This document shows positions 13,690 to 24,482 of a DNA stretch of 64,000 nucleotides, piece after piece; the first letter of the stretch is position 1; every line of letters starts with the position of its first letter. Under the pieces are notes generated by a model. The model was given only the letters and a program-made list of their open reading frames with translations. It had not been told where the DNA came from and searched no databases. Source of the DNA: Octopus vulgaris (Eukaryota); assembly GCA_951406725.2 (NCBI GenBank), contig OX597820.1, forward strand, positions 109,058,001 to 109,122,000. The letters are read 5' to 3'. Position numbers and translations under genes: made by a program.

Positions 13690-15114
13690 ATGGATTTCGA
13701 CTTGACGTCGAAGGAGGATTTTCCCGTGATGGGAAAAAGTGAAAATAAGGAAAAAGAAGTACCCAAACGGTCATTTTCGGCCGCGGTGGGCGGCGCCATG
13801 ATGGATGTCGAGTTTAAAATCGAACAATTGTACGAATTCAGGAACCTAGTAAAAGTGGAAGGAGGCGAGATAAGGCTTGTACCGCCGCAGGCAAAGGTAC
13901 AAGAGATTAAAGAAAGAATAGTTATCTACAAGGTATACAGCTTTAAAGAAAAGAAGATAATGGATGTAAAGAATGAAATGGTAGAAAAGTGCCTGTCCCC
14001 GGTGTGGGACAAAATTCGTCATGTCGTTAGAGGTGCACGCAGTGCTACAGTCGAGGCACATTTCGACACAGCCGAGGTAGCGAGAGAGGTGTCGTCGTTG
14101 ACCCTAAAAAACGACGACATCATGCTGCTACCCTCGTACATGGGGAAGCGTACAGCGAAGTTACTGGTAGAGGACATACCCAGAGGGTACGACATCATGT
14201 GGGTAGCAGCGGCGGTCCTGCACAATATTGAACGAGAGATATCGATACTGCAGATGAGAAGGAAAGAGGTGGTGCGGTGGAAGGGTCAGACCCTGGAACT
14301 CCTCGTGCAGGCGGAGAACAAAATTTTAGAGGGCCTGCCCGATAGAATCTTCAATGAGGACGGGACGTCAATGAGAGTTGCAGTGGAGGGACGTAGACCC
14401 AGATGTTTCAAGTGTGGAGAGAAGGGTCACGTCAGATCAAATTGTATAAAAAAGAAGAGAACAGAAGAAGCGCCTCCTCCAAGTGTCCCCAACACTGAAG
14501 GGGAGAAAACAGGAAAAGACAACAAAAAGACGAAGACAAGTACGGAAACAAAAACGGACCATACAGAACCAATGGACTACACACAAGTCACTCATAAAAG
14601 AAAAAAAGATAATACCCAGGACTCCCCTCCCCAAACAAAGAAAAAAACAGCAAACACAGCAGACACACACACCAAGCAAATCCCCCAACCCTACCCCCAT
14701 GGCACTGTTTTCATTGGAAAACAGTTTGCCAAGCCCCTCCCCATAAAACAAGACATAAAAAAGTGTTTACAGAAGAACGAGAGGATCATAGCTTTCGACG
14801 AGAACAACGAAAGAGTGTACAATTGTTGCAAATTCTCAAGATTTGCATTGTTTAGTAGAGCCACAGACGTGAAGGCGACCGCTCGCTTCGCGAAGGTGGG
14901 GGAGGACGAGTGGAGAGAGGAGGTTCTTCAGGAGCATCTGAGGAGCCGACTGATAAGAGACGTAACCAAAGAGGTAATGGAGGGCAAACTGATAATAACC
15001 CCGGCAACCACACCCACCCAGAGCCCAGTGGCAACGCCGGTCAAGAGCCCTGCAGCAGCGGATGAAGGGGAAGCAGGCAGATTTAAACTGTCATGCTCCC
15101 TTTCCCAACCGTGA
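13690..15114 (+). CDS. Tx1 ORF1p (474 aa, gag-like with CCHC zinc knuckle)
   Basis: Uninterrupted ORF with CFKCGEKGHVRSNC knuckle and a basic low-complexity linker; lies 28 nt upstream of ORF2. Confidence 0.9.
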   Translation: MDFDLTSKEDFPVMGKSENKEKEVPKRSFSAAVGGAMMDVEFKIEQLYEFRNLVKVEGGEIRLVPPQAKVQEIKERIVIYKVYSFKEKKIMDVKNEMVEKCLSPVWDKIRHVVRGARSATVEAHFDTAEVAREVSSLTLKNDDIMLLPSYMGKRTAKLLVEDIPRGYDIMWVAAAVLHNIEREISILQMRRKEVVRWKGQTLELLVQAENKILEGLPDRIFNEDGTSMRVAVEGRRPRCFKCGEKGHVRSNCIKKKRTEEAPPPSVPNTEGEKTGKDNKKTKTSTETKTDHTEPMDYTQVTHKRKKDNTQDSPPQTKKKTANTADTHTKQIPQPYPHGTVFIGKQFAKPLPIKQDIKKCLQKNERIIAFDENNERVYNCCKFSRFALFSRATDVKATARFAKVGEDEWREEVLQEHLRSRLIRDVTKEVMEGKLIITPATTPTQSPVATPVKSPAAADEGEAGRFKLSCSLSQP

Positions 15115-15142
15115 GTACATTTATTTTTCTCTCTAACCTACA

Positions 15143-18100
15143 ATGGCTAAGCTGGGTTGTATAAATGTACGTGGAATGGGGTCGAAACGGAAACAAATTT
15201 GTTTCCTGAACGACCTCACGACACATGGTGTAGATATAGCCATTGCAACCGAGTCCAAGATGAGCGAGACCCAAGCGTTCTCGCCTCTTCTAAATGGTTT
15301 CGAGAAATTTATTTCTCCTAGCCGAGGAAGAGGCAGAGGCGTGGCAGTCTTCATCAGGAAGAGCTTGGACTTGCAGGTAAGTACTGTCTTTCTGGACCCA
15401 GAAGGCAGGCTGGTTGTCCTGGATGTGACTCACGTAAGTAAACAGTCCTTCAGGTTGGTAGCTGTCTACGCCCCGAACGAGGGTAGACAGACGGGTTTTT
15501 TCGGAACCTGGAGCCTTTTTTAGCGACGTCGAAAACAGTAATCCTAGTAGGGGACTTTAACACTGTCCTTGAAGCGCAGATCGACAATGTTGGCTCAACC
15601 AATAGGAAGGGGAACCCTAGCCTCAAGGGTCTACTAGAGAGCTTTGATCTAGTGGACCGTTACCGACTGGATGAGCCGAGCGTTCCACAGTGGACGTGGA
15701 GTAACAACGACGGCTCACACAGATCGTATCTAGATAGGATATTTATCAAGAAAAGAGATAAGGATACGTTTAGTTGTCCACAATTTCATATTGTACCCTA
15801 CTCGGATCACAAATTTGTGACGTGTAGGATGCAATTAGACAAGTGTCATAGACAGGGACCCGGGTACTGGAAGCTGAACAAGGCTATTTTGAATTGTGAA
15901 GACTTCCGTGCCCGGATTAAGGTCTTAGTTCAGAGGGCATTGTGTGGCACCATCATTAACAATAGATGGTGGCACGCCCTCAAAAGAGCCATTCGTTCAG
16001 AGTCCGTTAGATTTAGCAATCAGCTAAGGATAGATAGGGCTAGTCTAGAGGGCGATTTAGTTAAGAATCTAGACGAGGCAATGGAAGCTGGCTCTGCATC
16101 CGGAGTGTTGGCGGCAAGGACCGTATTGTACCGTCACCTTAACTCCAAACACGAAGGTTGCAGAGTTAGAGCTAAGCTATGCGCTGGGAAACGAGAAGGT
16201 ATTAACGTGGCCGGATGGGCCCGTCGTGTGGAAAGTCAGAGAGGCAACAGAGCCTCAATCAAATCTTTAACTGACGAACAGGGACAAAAGATCTATGGAC
16301 AGGAGGAGATGCAAAAGTTTCTTCACCAGCATTTCGCCCGCGTGTTCGGGGGTGGTGGTCCGCTGGATCGGGGGAGAGCCATAAAGGACTTCCTAGCCGG
16401 CGGGCCGCGGCTCGCGGGGCGTGAGGTGGAGTGCTGTGAAGGAGCGATCACTCCCGCGGAGATAAAGGAGATACTGGCCGGATGCGCCGGGGAGAAGTCG
16501 CCGGGGTTGGATGGTCTGCCCTACGAGTTTTACCAAAGTATGCCGGACTTGTTCGGGGGAATACTGGCGGGCGTCTACACGAACTGGCAGCAGAATGGGA
16601 GAATTCCCAGTTCTGTAAGCCGGGGAGTGGTGACGCTAATCCAGAAAGACCCGAGCAAGGGGGATAACATCAGTAACTACAGGCCCATAACTCTACTTAA
16701 TGTAGAGTTAAAGATTTTGGCCAAGGTGTTGGCAAAAAGGTTGACGGTTGTCGTGGAGAAACTTGTAGGGAGAGCACAGACATGTGCAATTCCAGGCAGG
16801 TCGATCCAGGACAACCTTCACCTTATACGCTACACCTTAGATAGGGTGGGTAAATTAGCCGGCAAAGGCGGGGTAATGGTCCATTTAGACCAAAGTAAAG
16901 CCTTCGATAGGGTAGACCATGGGTACCTGGCGACGGTCCTCGAAGCGGCTGGGCTGGGCCCTGAATTTCGCGGGTGGATCTCCGCTATGTATAGCGGCAT
17001 CAAGTCCACCGTCCAGATAAACGGTTACCTAACGGAACCGTTTTCGATCGAGTGTTCAGTGCGTCAGGGGTGCCCCTTGTCACCACTTTTGTACGTATTG
17101 GCTCTTGAGCCATTGCTGCGAAAGTTGGAGAGGCTGGGGAGTAACTCGGATGAAATCGGAGGTGGGAGGACGGTTACTGCTTATGCGGATGACGTCACCC
17201 TCATCGTGTCCAAAGAGGCCCAACTACCTTGTGTAGAGGAGGCTATCAGAGGATACGAGGCGGTGGCAGGAGCAAAGGTTAACAAGGACAAATCAGTCGG
17301 CTTGCGCCTCGGCACCTGGAGGAGCAAGTCGATATCGTCCAGTGTCGTGGGACACTGGACGGATGGCCCTGTTAAGTTGCTGGGAGTTTGGTTTGGGCCA
17401 GACTCCCAAACGGAGAAGAACTGGAGTGAGGTGACAAGCAAGGTGGAAGCCATAGTACGGACCTGGTCCGGAAGGTTTCTGTCCTTGAAAGGAAAGGCGG
17501 AGGTGGTGCAGATGTTCATTGCATCTGTAATCACCTACCGCCTGACCGTTGTCCCTTGCCCCGATTCATGGCTTAACAAGTTGGAGCGAATCCTTTTCCG
17601 CTTTTTGTGGAAAGGAGGAAGGCCACTTGTGAGGCGCTCCGTTTGCTGCCAGGAACCGTTAAAGGGTGGGTTAGGAATGCCTTGGTTGATGATGCGCAGA
17701 CATGCGTTGAGGCTAAGGCATCTCTGGCACCACCTGGAGGGTGATAAGGTGTGGAGTCCGCTGGCAGGGGGATTTTTCCCGAGACCGGCCTCCTTAGTGA
17801 ATTTTAAACCCGGTTACATCAAAAGATGGAAACTGACTCCATGGCAAAAGGAGTGCCGACAGGCACTCACGCTGATCCACAAGGCGGGCAAGGCCGGCTG
17901 CGGAAATACCACCTCGGTATTTTATAGAAAGCTGGTAGAGGTAAAAAACGACGACGTCCTAGGAGGGGCTCTGGGGTTTGACGAAGACCAGCTTACCAAC
18001 CTGTTTAAAAAACTTTCAGGTCGGGGTATTTGGATAATTTCCAAAGATCCCTGGCCTGGCAGTGCTATAGGAATGCTTTACCTGTTCGCGAGAAGTTATC

Positions 18101-18530
18101 GCGGCACGGAGTTTCAGTGCCACCGACGTGTCCAAGGTGCGAGTTGGACGATGAAACCGTCCAGCACGCTTTTGTTCACTGTCGGAAGTTGTCCGACTTG
18201 ATAAGTTACGCAGAACACGTGTTATCGCATCTGGGACGAGTACAGCTGTCGGCTGAGTCTATGATTAAGATGATACCGCCAACTGGACTCTCGAAGGAAG
18301 GTGAGGCATGTTTTCACTGCACGGTTGCAGTAGTAAAAGAATGTATGTGGAGAACGAGAATGGAAGGAGCCGCGATAGGATCCTTTGTCTCCGGCCCCGG
18401 CTTGCTCACTTATTTCAGATATCATCTGAAGAGCAAAATGGGACTGGAAAAGAGGATCTTACCACGGGGTGTGTATGAGAAAAGATGGAAGGAAGTGGAA
18501 AAAAAGGTGGGTGTCAGAAACCCAGCTTGA
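15143..18530 (+). CDS. Tx1 ORF2p (APE endonuclease, reverse transcriptase, C-terminal zinc finger), broken by two 1-bp homopolymer frameshifts
   Basis: Motifs in order: INVRG, AVYAP, VGDFN, SYLDRIF, YSDH, GYWKLN, KSPGLDGLP, YRPITLLN, DQSKAFDRV, RQGCPLSP, AYADD, CPRC..HAFVHC. Adding one T at 15496-15501 and one A at 18007-18012 gives a single ~1129-aa ORF. Confidence 0.9.
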
Positions 18531-18939
18531 CCATGGAGGAAGGAGAGGAAATAAAAGCTGCAGGGCCTTATAAATTGCCGGGGTGTAAAAACTCCAGTGA
18601 GATTATAAGTTCATGTACTGTTGTTTGTTATACGAGTTATGTAAAGGACATTTATGTTATAATGAATAATCCCAATGTAAATGAAAATTTTTAATCGAAT
18701 CTCTTAAATGTTTTTTTGTATGTATGTCCTGTATTTGTCCTTCTGTGTAATCGATTTTTATAATCATAATAAAGAAATACCCCACTCGCTTCAAAATATC
18801 TAAAGAAGAAATACGCACAGATCATGAATGGCTAAAGCTAAGTGACTCGTTCAGCCTCGCTACAACTACCTTCTATCTTTGCACTTATCATCTTTATTCT
18901 TTCACTATTCTTCAATTACCATCTCATTGTATTGTTCCT

Positions 18940-21900
18940 TACGGTGCACCCGCCCTCCCACCCCCTCCACACATGCCGGAAGTTCCTATTCTTTGCCATT
19001 CCGGGGTTGCTTGCCATGAAGACTGCAAATGCTCTTTCACCATCCCTACCCCTCCCTACCCCTAGTCTCGACCTATGTAAGGTAATGTTCATACAGTGCA
19101 AAATATGAAAGGCTAGTGTTATGCAGGTTGTACTTAAGGCTACTTTACTACTTCATTACTTGCACATGAATTCTGCCAAATGTGAGCTTTCTTTTCAGGT
19201 ACACAAAGCTACTGTCCACCGTCCCAGGGTCTCTAGAGCCCATGTCTCCCACACCCTCAGGGTTGGCACCCTCAACGTTAGCACACTGAATGGTAGGTCT
19301 GGTGAGATAGTCGAGATGCTTGAACGGAGATGTGTGGATATATGTTGCATGCAAGAAATAAGGTGGAGAGGAGGATCAACTAGGTTCCTCACAGGCAAGG
19401 AACGCAGGTACAAGATTTTCTGGGCAGGGAACACTGACGGGGTTGGTGGCGTGGGTATACTTATCGTTGAGAAATGGGTAGATAAAGTAATTGAGGTAAT
19501 CAGAGTATGTGACAGAATACTTAAGATTAGATTAGTGCTTCATCATAGTTTAGCAACCATTATATCAGCCTATGCTCCTCAGTCGGGGCTACCCGATGGA
19601 CAGAAAGACCGATTCTATGACACTCTACTGCAGACTACCTCGTTGACGAACGACAGAGACCTTATCTTTGTGGCTGGTGACTTCAATGGTCACATTGGAC
19701 GACATGCTGGGGGCTTCCATGGCGTACATGGAGGCTATGGCTATGGCTCCCGCAACGAGGAGGGAACCAGGCTGCTGGAGTTCTGCGATGCAAATAATCT
19801 TATGATTTGCAACACTAACTTCAGGAAACCTACCAGCCATCTAGTCACTTACCGATCGGGCCAACATACCAGCCAAATTGACTACATCCTTGCAAGGCAA
19901 AGGGAGAGATGGCTGCTTATAAATGCCAAAACCTTCCCAGGTGAAGAATGTACCCCACAACATAGACTGGTAGTTAGTGACTTTAGGATCAGGACTAGGA
20001 GGACAACCAGAAGACGACCAATATGGAGAAGAAGGATCTGGAAGCTTAAAGATCCTGCAAATGGACAGAGATTTAGGGACATATTACTTGAAGCCTTTGA
20101 CGAAGTAGAAGGGGATAGAGCATCACAGGGGGTAGAAGACAACTGGACGTTTCTAAGGGACAACCTGCTGAGAGCCACTGACCAGATCTGTGGCTGGTGC
20201 AAAGTCCCCTTAAGACCTAGAATAACGTGGTGGTGGAACAATATTGTAGACAGGGCTATTAGAGAAAAGAGACAGGCTTGGAAGGTCTGGAAAAATGGGG
20301 GTAGCAGGGAATTGTATCAGACTGCCAAAAGAGAAGCTAGGGGACAGGTTTATTTAGCCAAAGGGGAAGCAGATAAGAAAAAATTTGCCAATGTTCTGCG
20401 CCGTGAGGACCAAAGACTGGAGGTGTTTCGCGTTGCAAGACAGTGTGTGAGAGAGAATCGTGATGTGGTAGGAGAGAAGTATGTTCGCATGGATGATGGT
20501 TCACTTGCGCTAAATGAGGATGCAAAGAGAGAGGTTTGGAGATGCCACCATGAAAGGTTGCTGAATAAAGAAAATGAATGGGATAAAGAGAGTCTGCCGA
20601 ATGTTGACCCAACAGAGGGACCAGCTATCCGAGTTGATAGTTCCATGGTAGCTAAGGCAATTAGAAGCATGAAGACAGCGAAAGCCCCAGGCCCATTAGG
20701 AATCACTGCAGAGATGCTCAAAATGTCTGGTAGTGTCGACTATAGCCTAGTCACCCGTATAGTTAATCAAGTGATACACAAAGGAGTCATACCCAATGAC
20801 TGGTGTAGCAGCATAATAGTCAATTGCTACAAAGGTAAAGGTGACGCCCTAGATACAAATAACTACAGAGGTATCAAGCTGTTGGATCAGGTGATGAAGG
20901 TTACGGAGAGGGTCATAGCCCAACTAATTAGAGAGAGAGTTAGTTTAGATGAGATGCAGTTTGGGTTTGTGCTAGGGAAAAGTACTACTGATGCTATATT
21001 CCTGGTAAAGCAGCTGCAGGAGAAATACCAAGCCAAAGATAAGCCCCTGTACCTGGCTTTTGTTGACATGGAGAAAGCCTTCGACAGGGTCCCCCGATCC
21101 CTTATCTGGTGGTCAATGAGGAAACTAGGGATAGATGAATGGTTAGTGAGAGCTGTGCGGGCCATGTATAGGGACGCTGCTAGTAAGGTGAGGATTGGAA
21201 AGAATTCCGGGTAGAGGTAGGGGTCCACCAAGGCTCAGTCCTCAGCCCCCTCCTATTTATCATAGTCCTCCAGGCAATAACGGAGGAATTCAAGATAAGA
21301 TGCCCTTGGGAGCTCCTCTATGCTGATGACCTTGCTCTAATTGCTGAGTCACTATCAGAACTGGAGAAGTTTCAGGTGTGGAAACAAGGATTAGAATCGA
21401 AGGGCCTCAGAGTCAATCTAGCTAAAACCAAAGTCGTAATCAGTAGGAAGGTAGACAAATCACAAACGCCTTCAGGTAGATGGCCCTGCTCGATCTGTAG
21501 AAAAGGTGTAGGTAGAAACTCTATAAGATGCACCAAGTGTAAGCTATGGACACATAAGAGGTGCAGCAATGTCAAAGGAAGGCTAACTAGGAAGATGGTT
21601 TTTGTACGTGACAGATGCTCAGGAACAATAAACACTGAAAATGCTCTGAGACCAACTTCCGTCACTTTCCAGGGAGAAAAACTAGAAATAGTTGATAGTT
21701 TCCATTACCTAGGTGACCAAGTCAGCAGCGGGGGCGGGTGTGCTGAAAGTGTAACTGCTAGAGTAAGAATAGCTTGGGCAAAGTTCAGAGAGCTCTTACC
21801 TCTGCTGGTGACAAAAGGCCTCTCGCACAGAGTGAAAGGCAGACTGTATGATGCGTGTGTACGAACAGCCATGCTACATGGCAGTGAAACATGGGCCGTG

Positions 21901-22903
21901 ACTGCTGAGGATATGCGTAAGCTCGCAAGAAATGAAGCCAGTATGCTCCGATGGATGTGTAATGTCAGTACTCATACTCGGCAGAGTGTAAGTACCTTGA
22001 GAGGAAAGCTGGACCTAAGAAGCATCAGTTGTGGTGTGCAAGAGAGACATTTGCGCTGGTATGGTCATGTGGCGAGAATGGATGAAGATAGTTGTGTGAA
22101 AAAGTGCCACACCCTAGCTGTTGAGGGAACCTGCGGAAGAGGCAGACCCAGGAAAACCTGGGGCGAGGTGGTGAAGCACGATCTTCGAACTTTAGGTCAC
22201 ACTGAGGAAATGACTAGAGACCGAGACCTCTGGAAGTGTGCTGTGCATGAGAAGACCCGGCAGGACAAGTGAGTCCATAACCCGTGGCCTTCTACATGGG
22301 ATGGAGCCAGCCTATGTATGCATACCTTCCCTTCTTGGGACACAAAACTCTACTTGTGAAGACCTGTTGAGGCAAGTGAGGATCAGAATCGAAATCGATC
22401 AATGGAAATTGCAAATGTGTTACCAGTGCCGGTGGCATGTCGAAACTCTACTTGTGAAGACCTGTTGAGGCAAGTGAGGATCAGAATCGAAATCGATCAA
22501 TGGAAATTGCAGATGTGTTACCAGTGCCGGTGGCATGTAAGAGAACCTTCCGTTTCGCGACCGTTGCCAGCACCGCCCCGACTGGCCTCGTGCTGATGGC
22601 ACGTAAAAAGCACCATCCGTTCGTGTCTGTTGCCAGCCTCGCCTGGCCCTCGTGCCGGTGGCACATAAAAAGCACCATCTGTTCATGGCCGTTTGCCACC
22701 TCTGTCTGGCACCTGTGCGGGTGGCACGTAAAAAGCACCCACTACACTCACGGAGTGGTTGGCATTAGGAAGGGCATCCAGCCGTAGAAACACTGCCAGA
22801 TTTGACTGGGCCTGATGAAGCCTTCTGGCTTCACAGACCCCAGTAGAACCGTCCAACCCATGCTAGCATGGAAAACGGACGCTAAACGATGATGATGATG
22901 ATG
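18940..22903 (+). mobile_element. Near full-length RTE-clade LINE with (GAT)n tail
   Basis: ORF 19121-21214 (APE: TLNVSTL, MQEIRW, AGDFN, QIDYIL; RT: QFGF, DMEKAFDRVPR). Frame break near 21200, YADD at about 21319, ORF 21376-22272 with a PHD-like Cys cluster and RWYGHV. 3' UTR ends AAACGATGATGATG. Confidence 0.93.
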
Positions 22904-23190
22904 TGGCTATGGTATGTCCACCCTTAAAACTGACATCAGTAATCTGAAGCCCCTATCTTGCTCAGAATATCAGAAGTCTTCTGAGGAAAACATGCCTGGC
23001 CTTGGGGAGATATTATCTTGCTTGAAAACAGATGAGAGTTGGTGATGGAGGACATTTGGCTTCAGAAAATCTGCCTCAACAAATTCTATCTGACACATGC
23101 AAGCATGGAAAGTGGACATTTAATGAAGAAGTGACAGTTTCATTTAGTTAACAAAGAGTGTACTAATATTTTTCAGGAACATTGCATGTA

Positions 23191-24482
23191 CGAGGGGCGT
23201 TCAATAAGTAATGCCCCTGACCCACTTCCCATAGCAGTAGAGCAACGAAACTTGGCACAGTTATTAGTCTTTTTCTACATAGGAACCACCCATGTTACGC
23301 AATTCTCCCATCGTTTGATGCAGCTTTGGAGACCGTTTTTTTAGAAGACCCCAGCTTGGTCATCCAACCACGACGTGACTTCAGAAATCAGGGCTGCATC
23401 ATCTGGGAAACGCCTTCCTTTCAAAAACAACTTCATGGCTGGGAAGAGGTGAAAATCAGAGGGTGCAAGGTCAGGAGAGTAGGGGGGATGGGGGAGGAGT
23501 TCATAGCCGCACACCCGTGCTTCTGATCTGGCGACAAGCGAGTTATGGACCGGAGCGTTGTCCTACAGGAAGAGGCTGCTTTTGCTAATCTTGCCCCACC
23601 TCTTGATTTTGATAGCTTCTCTTAATTTCCTCAAAAGTGAAGCACAATAGGCTCCTGTAATTGTGGTACCCGTTGCCAGGAAATCTGTCATCACTACTCC
23701 ATCCTGGTCCCAGAAGACTGTGAGCATGACCTTACCAGCGGAGGGCTGCACCCTTGCCTTCTTTGGAGAAGGTGAATCACGGTGCTTCCACTGCATTGAC
23801 TGGGATTTGGTCTCTGGATCATAGTGATGGACCCAGGTTTCATCCTGTGTAATCAATCTTTTGAAAAATTTTGACTCATCTTCTTGGCACATCTCCAAAT
23901 TCACCCTCGAGCATTCGACGCGTTCTTGCTTCTGGAAGGGTGTGAACAGCCTGGGAATTCATCTGGCAGACACCTTTTGCATATGCAAATGGTTATGAAT
24001 GATAGTTTCCACAGACCCGGTACTAATCTTGACCTCATGGGCTATTTCGCGAATAGTTATGCGTCGATCTTCCAAAATGGCAGCCTCAACTTGACAGACA
24101 GATGCCTCATCAATGGCAGAAGCGGGGCCACCAGATCTGGGAGCTGTTTCCACAGAGTTCCGACCATGTTTGAATTCATGATGCTAGCGTTTTACAAGGT
24201 CATATGATGAGGCATCATCACTATAAGTTACTTTCATTTCATCAAAAGTCTCCCGTGGTGTGCGTCCTTTCAAATACAAAAACCGAATCACTGCTCGACA
24301 CTCAACAGGCTCCATTTCACACTTGACTCAGTTCAAACACCTGTAAATCAGAAACCGCAATTAGTTCAAAGATGTTATTTGCTACGTCATCTATAGAGAT
24401 ATAAATAATTGCACATGCAAAATTTCAGCTAGATCAAACAACTGCAAGTGGGTCAGGGGAATTACGTATTGAACGTCCCTCG
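23191..24482 (-). mobile_element. Full-length (1292 bp) mariner with both TIRs and TA TSD; transposase disrupted
   Basis: TA|CGAGGGGCGTTCAATAAGTAATGCCCCTGA ... TCAGGGGAATTACGTATTGAACGTCCCTCG|TA. ORF pieces contain ITQDETWVHHYDPE and KVMLTVFWD. Confidence 0.93.

Larger units (their letters stand above)
13507..18778 (+). mobile_element. Full-length Tx1/L1-clade non-LTR retrotransposon with 18-bp TSD
   Basis: ACCCCACTCGCTTCAAAA at 13489-13506 and 18779-18796. Has 5' UTR, ORF1, ORF2, and a 3' UTR with AATAAA at 18768-18773; no long poly(A). Confidence 0.95.

Noticed and set aside
15490-15510. Programmed -1 frameshifting at the two ORF2 breaks
   Set aside because: The breaks fall inside the endonuclease and the C-terminal domain, where Tx1/L1 ORF2 is normally continuous. 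Homopolymer error or mutation is simpler.
13467-18939. Direct repeats flanking the RT element read as LTRs
   Set aside because: The element encodes APE plus a non-LTR RT with no protease or integrase. The flanks are one repeat unit split at an 18-bp TSD.
18842-19108. 88-aa hydrophobic ORF as a membrane peptide
   Set aside because: It has a non-ATG start, spans the repeat/RTE junction, and its hydrophobicity comes from CT-rich repeat sequence.
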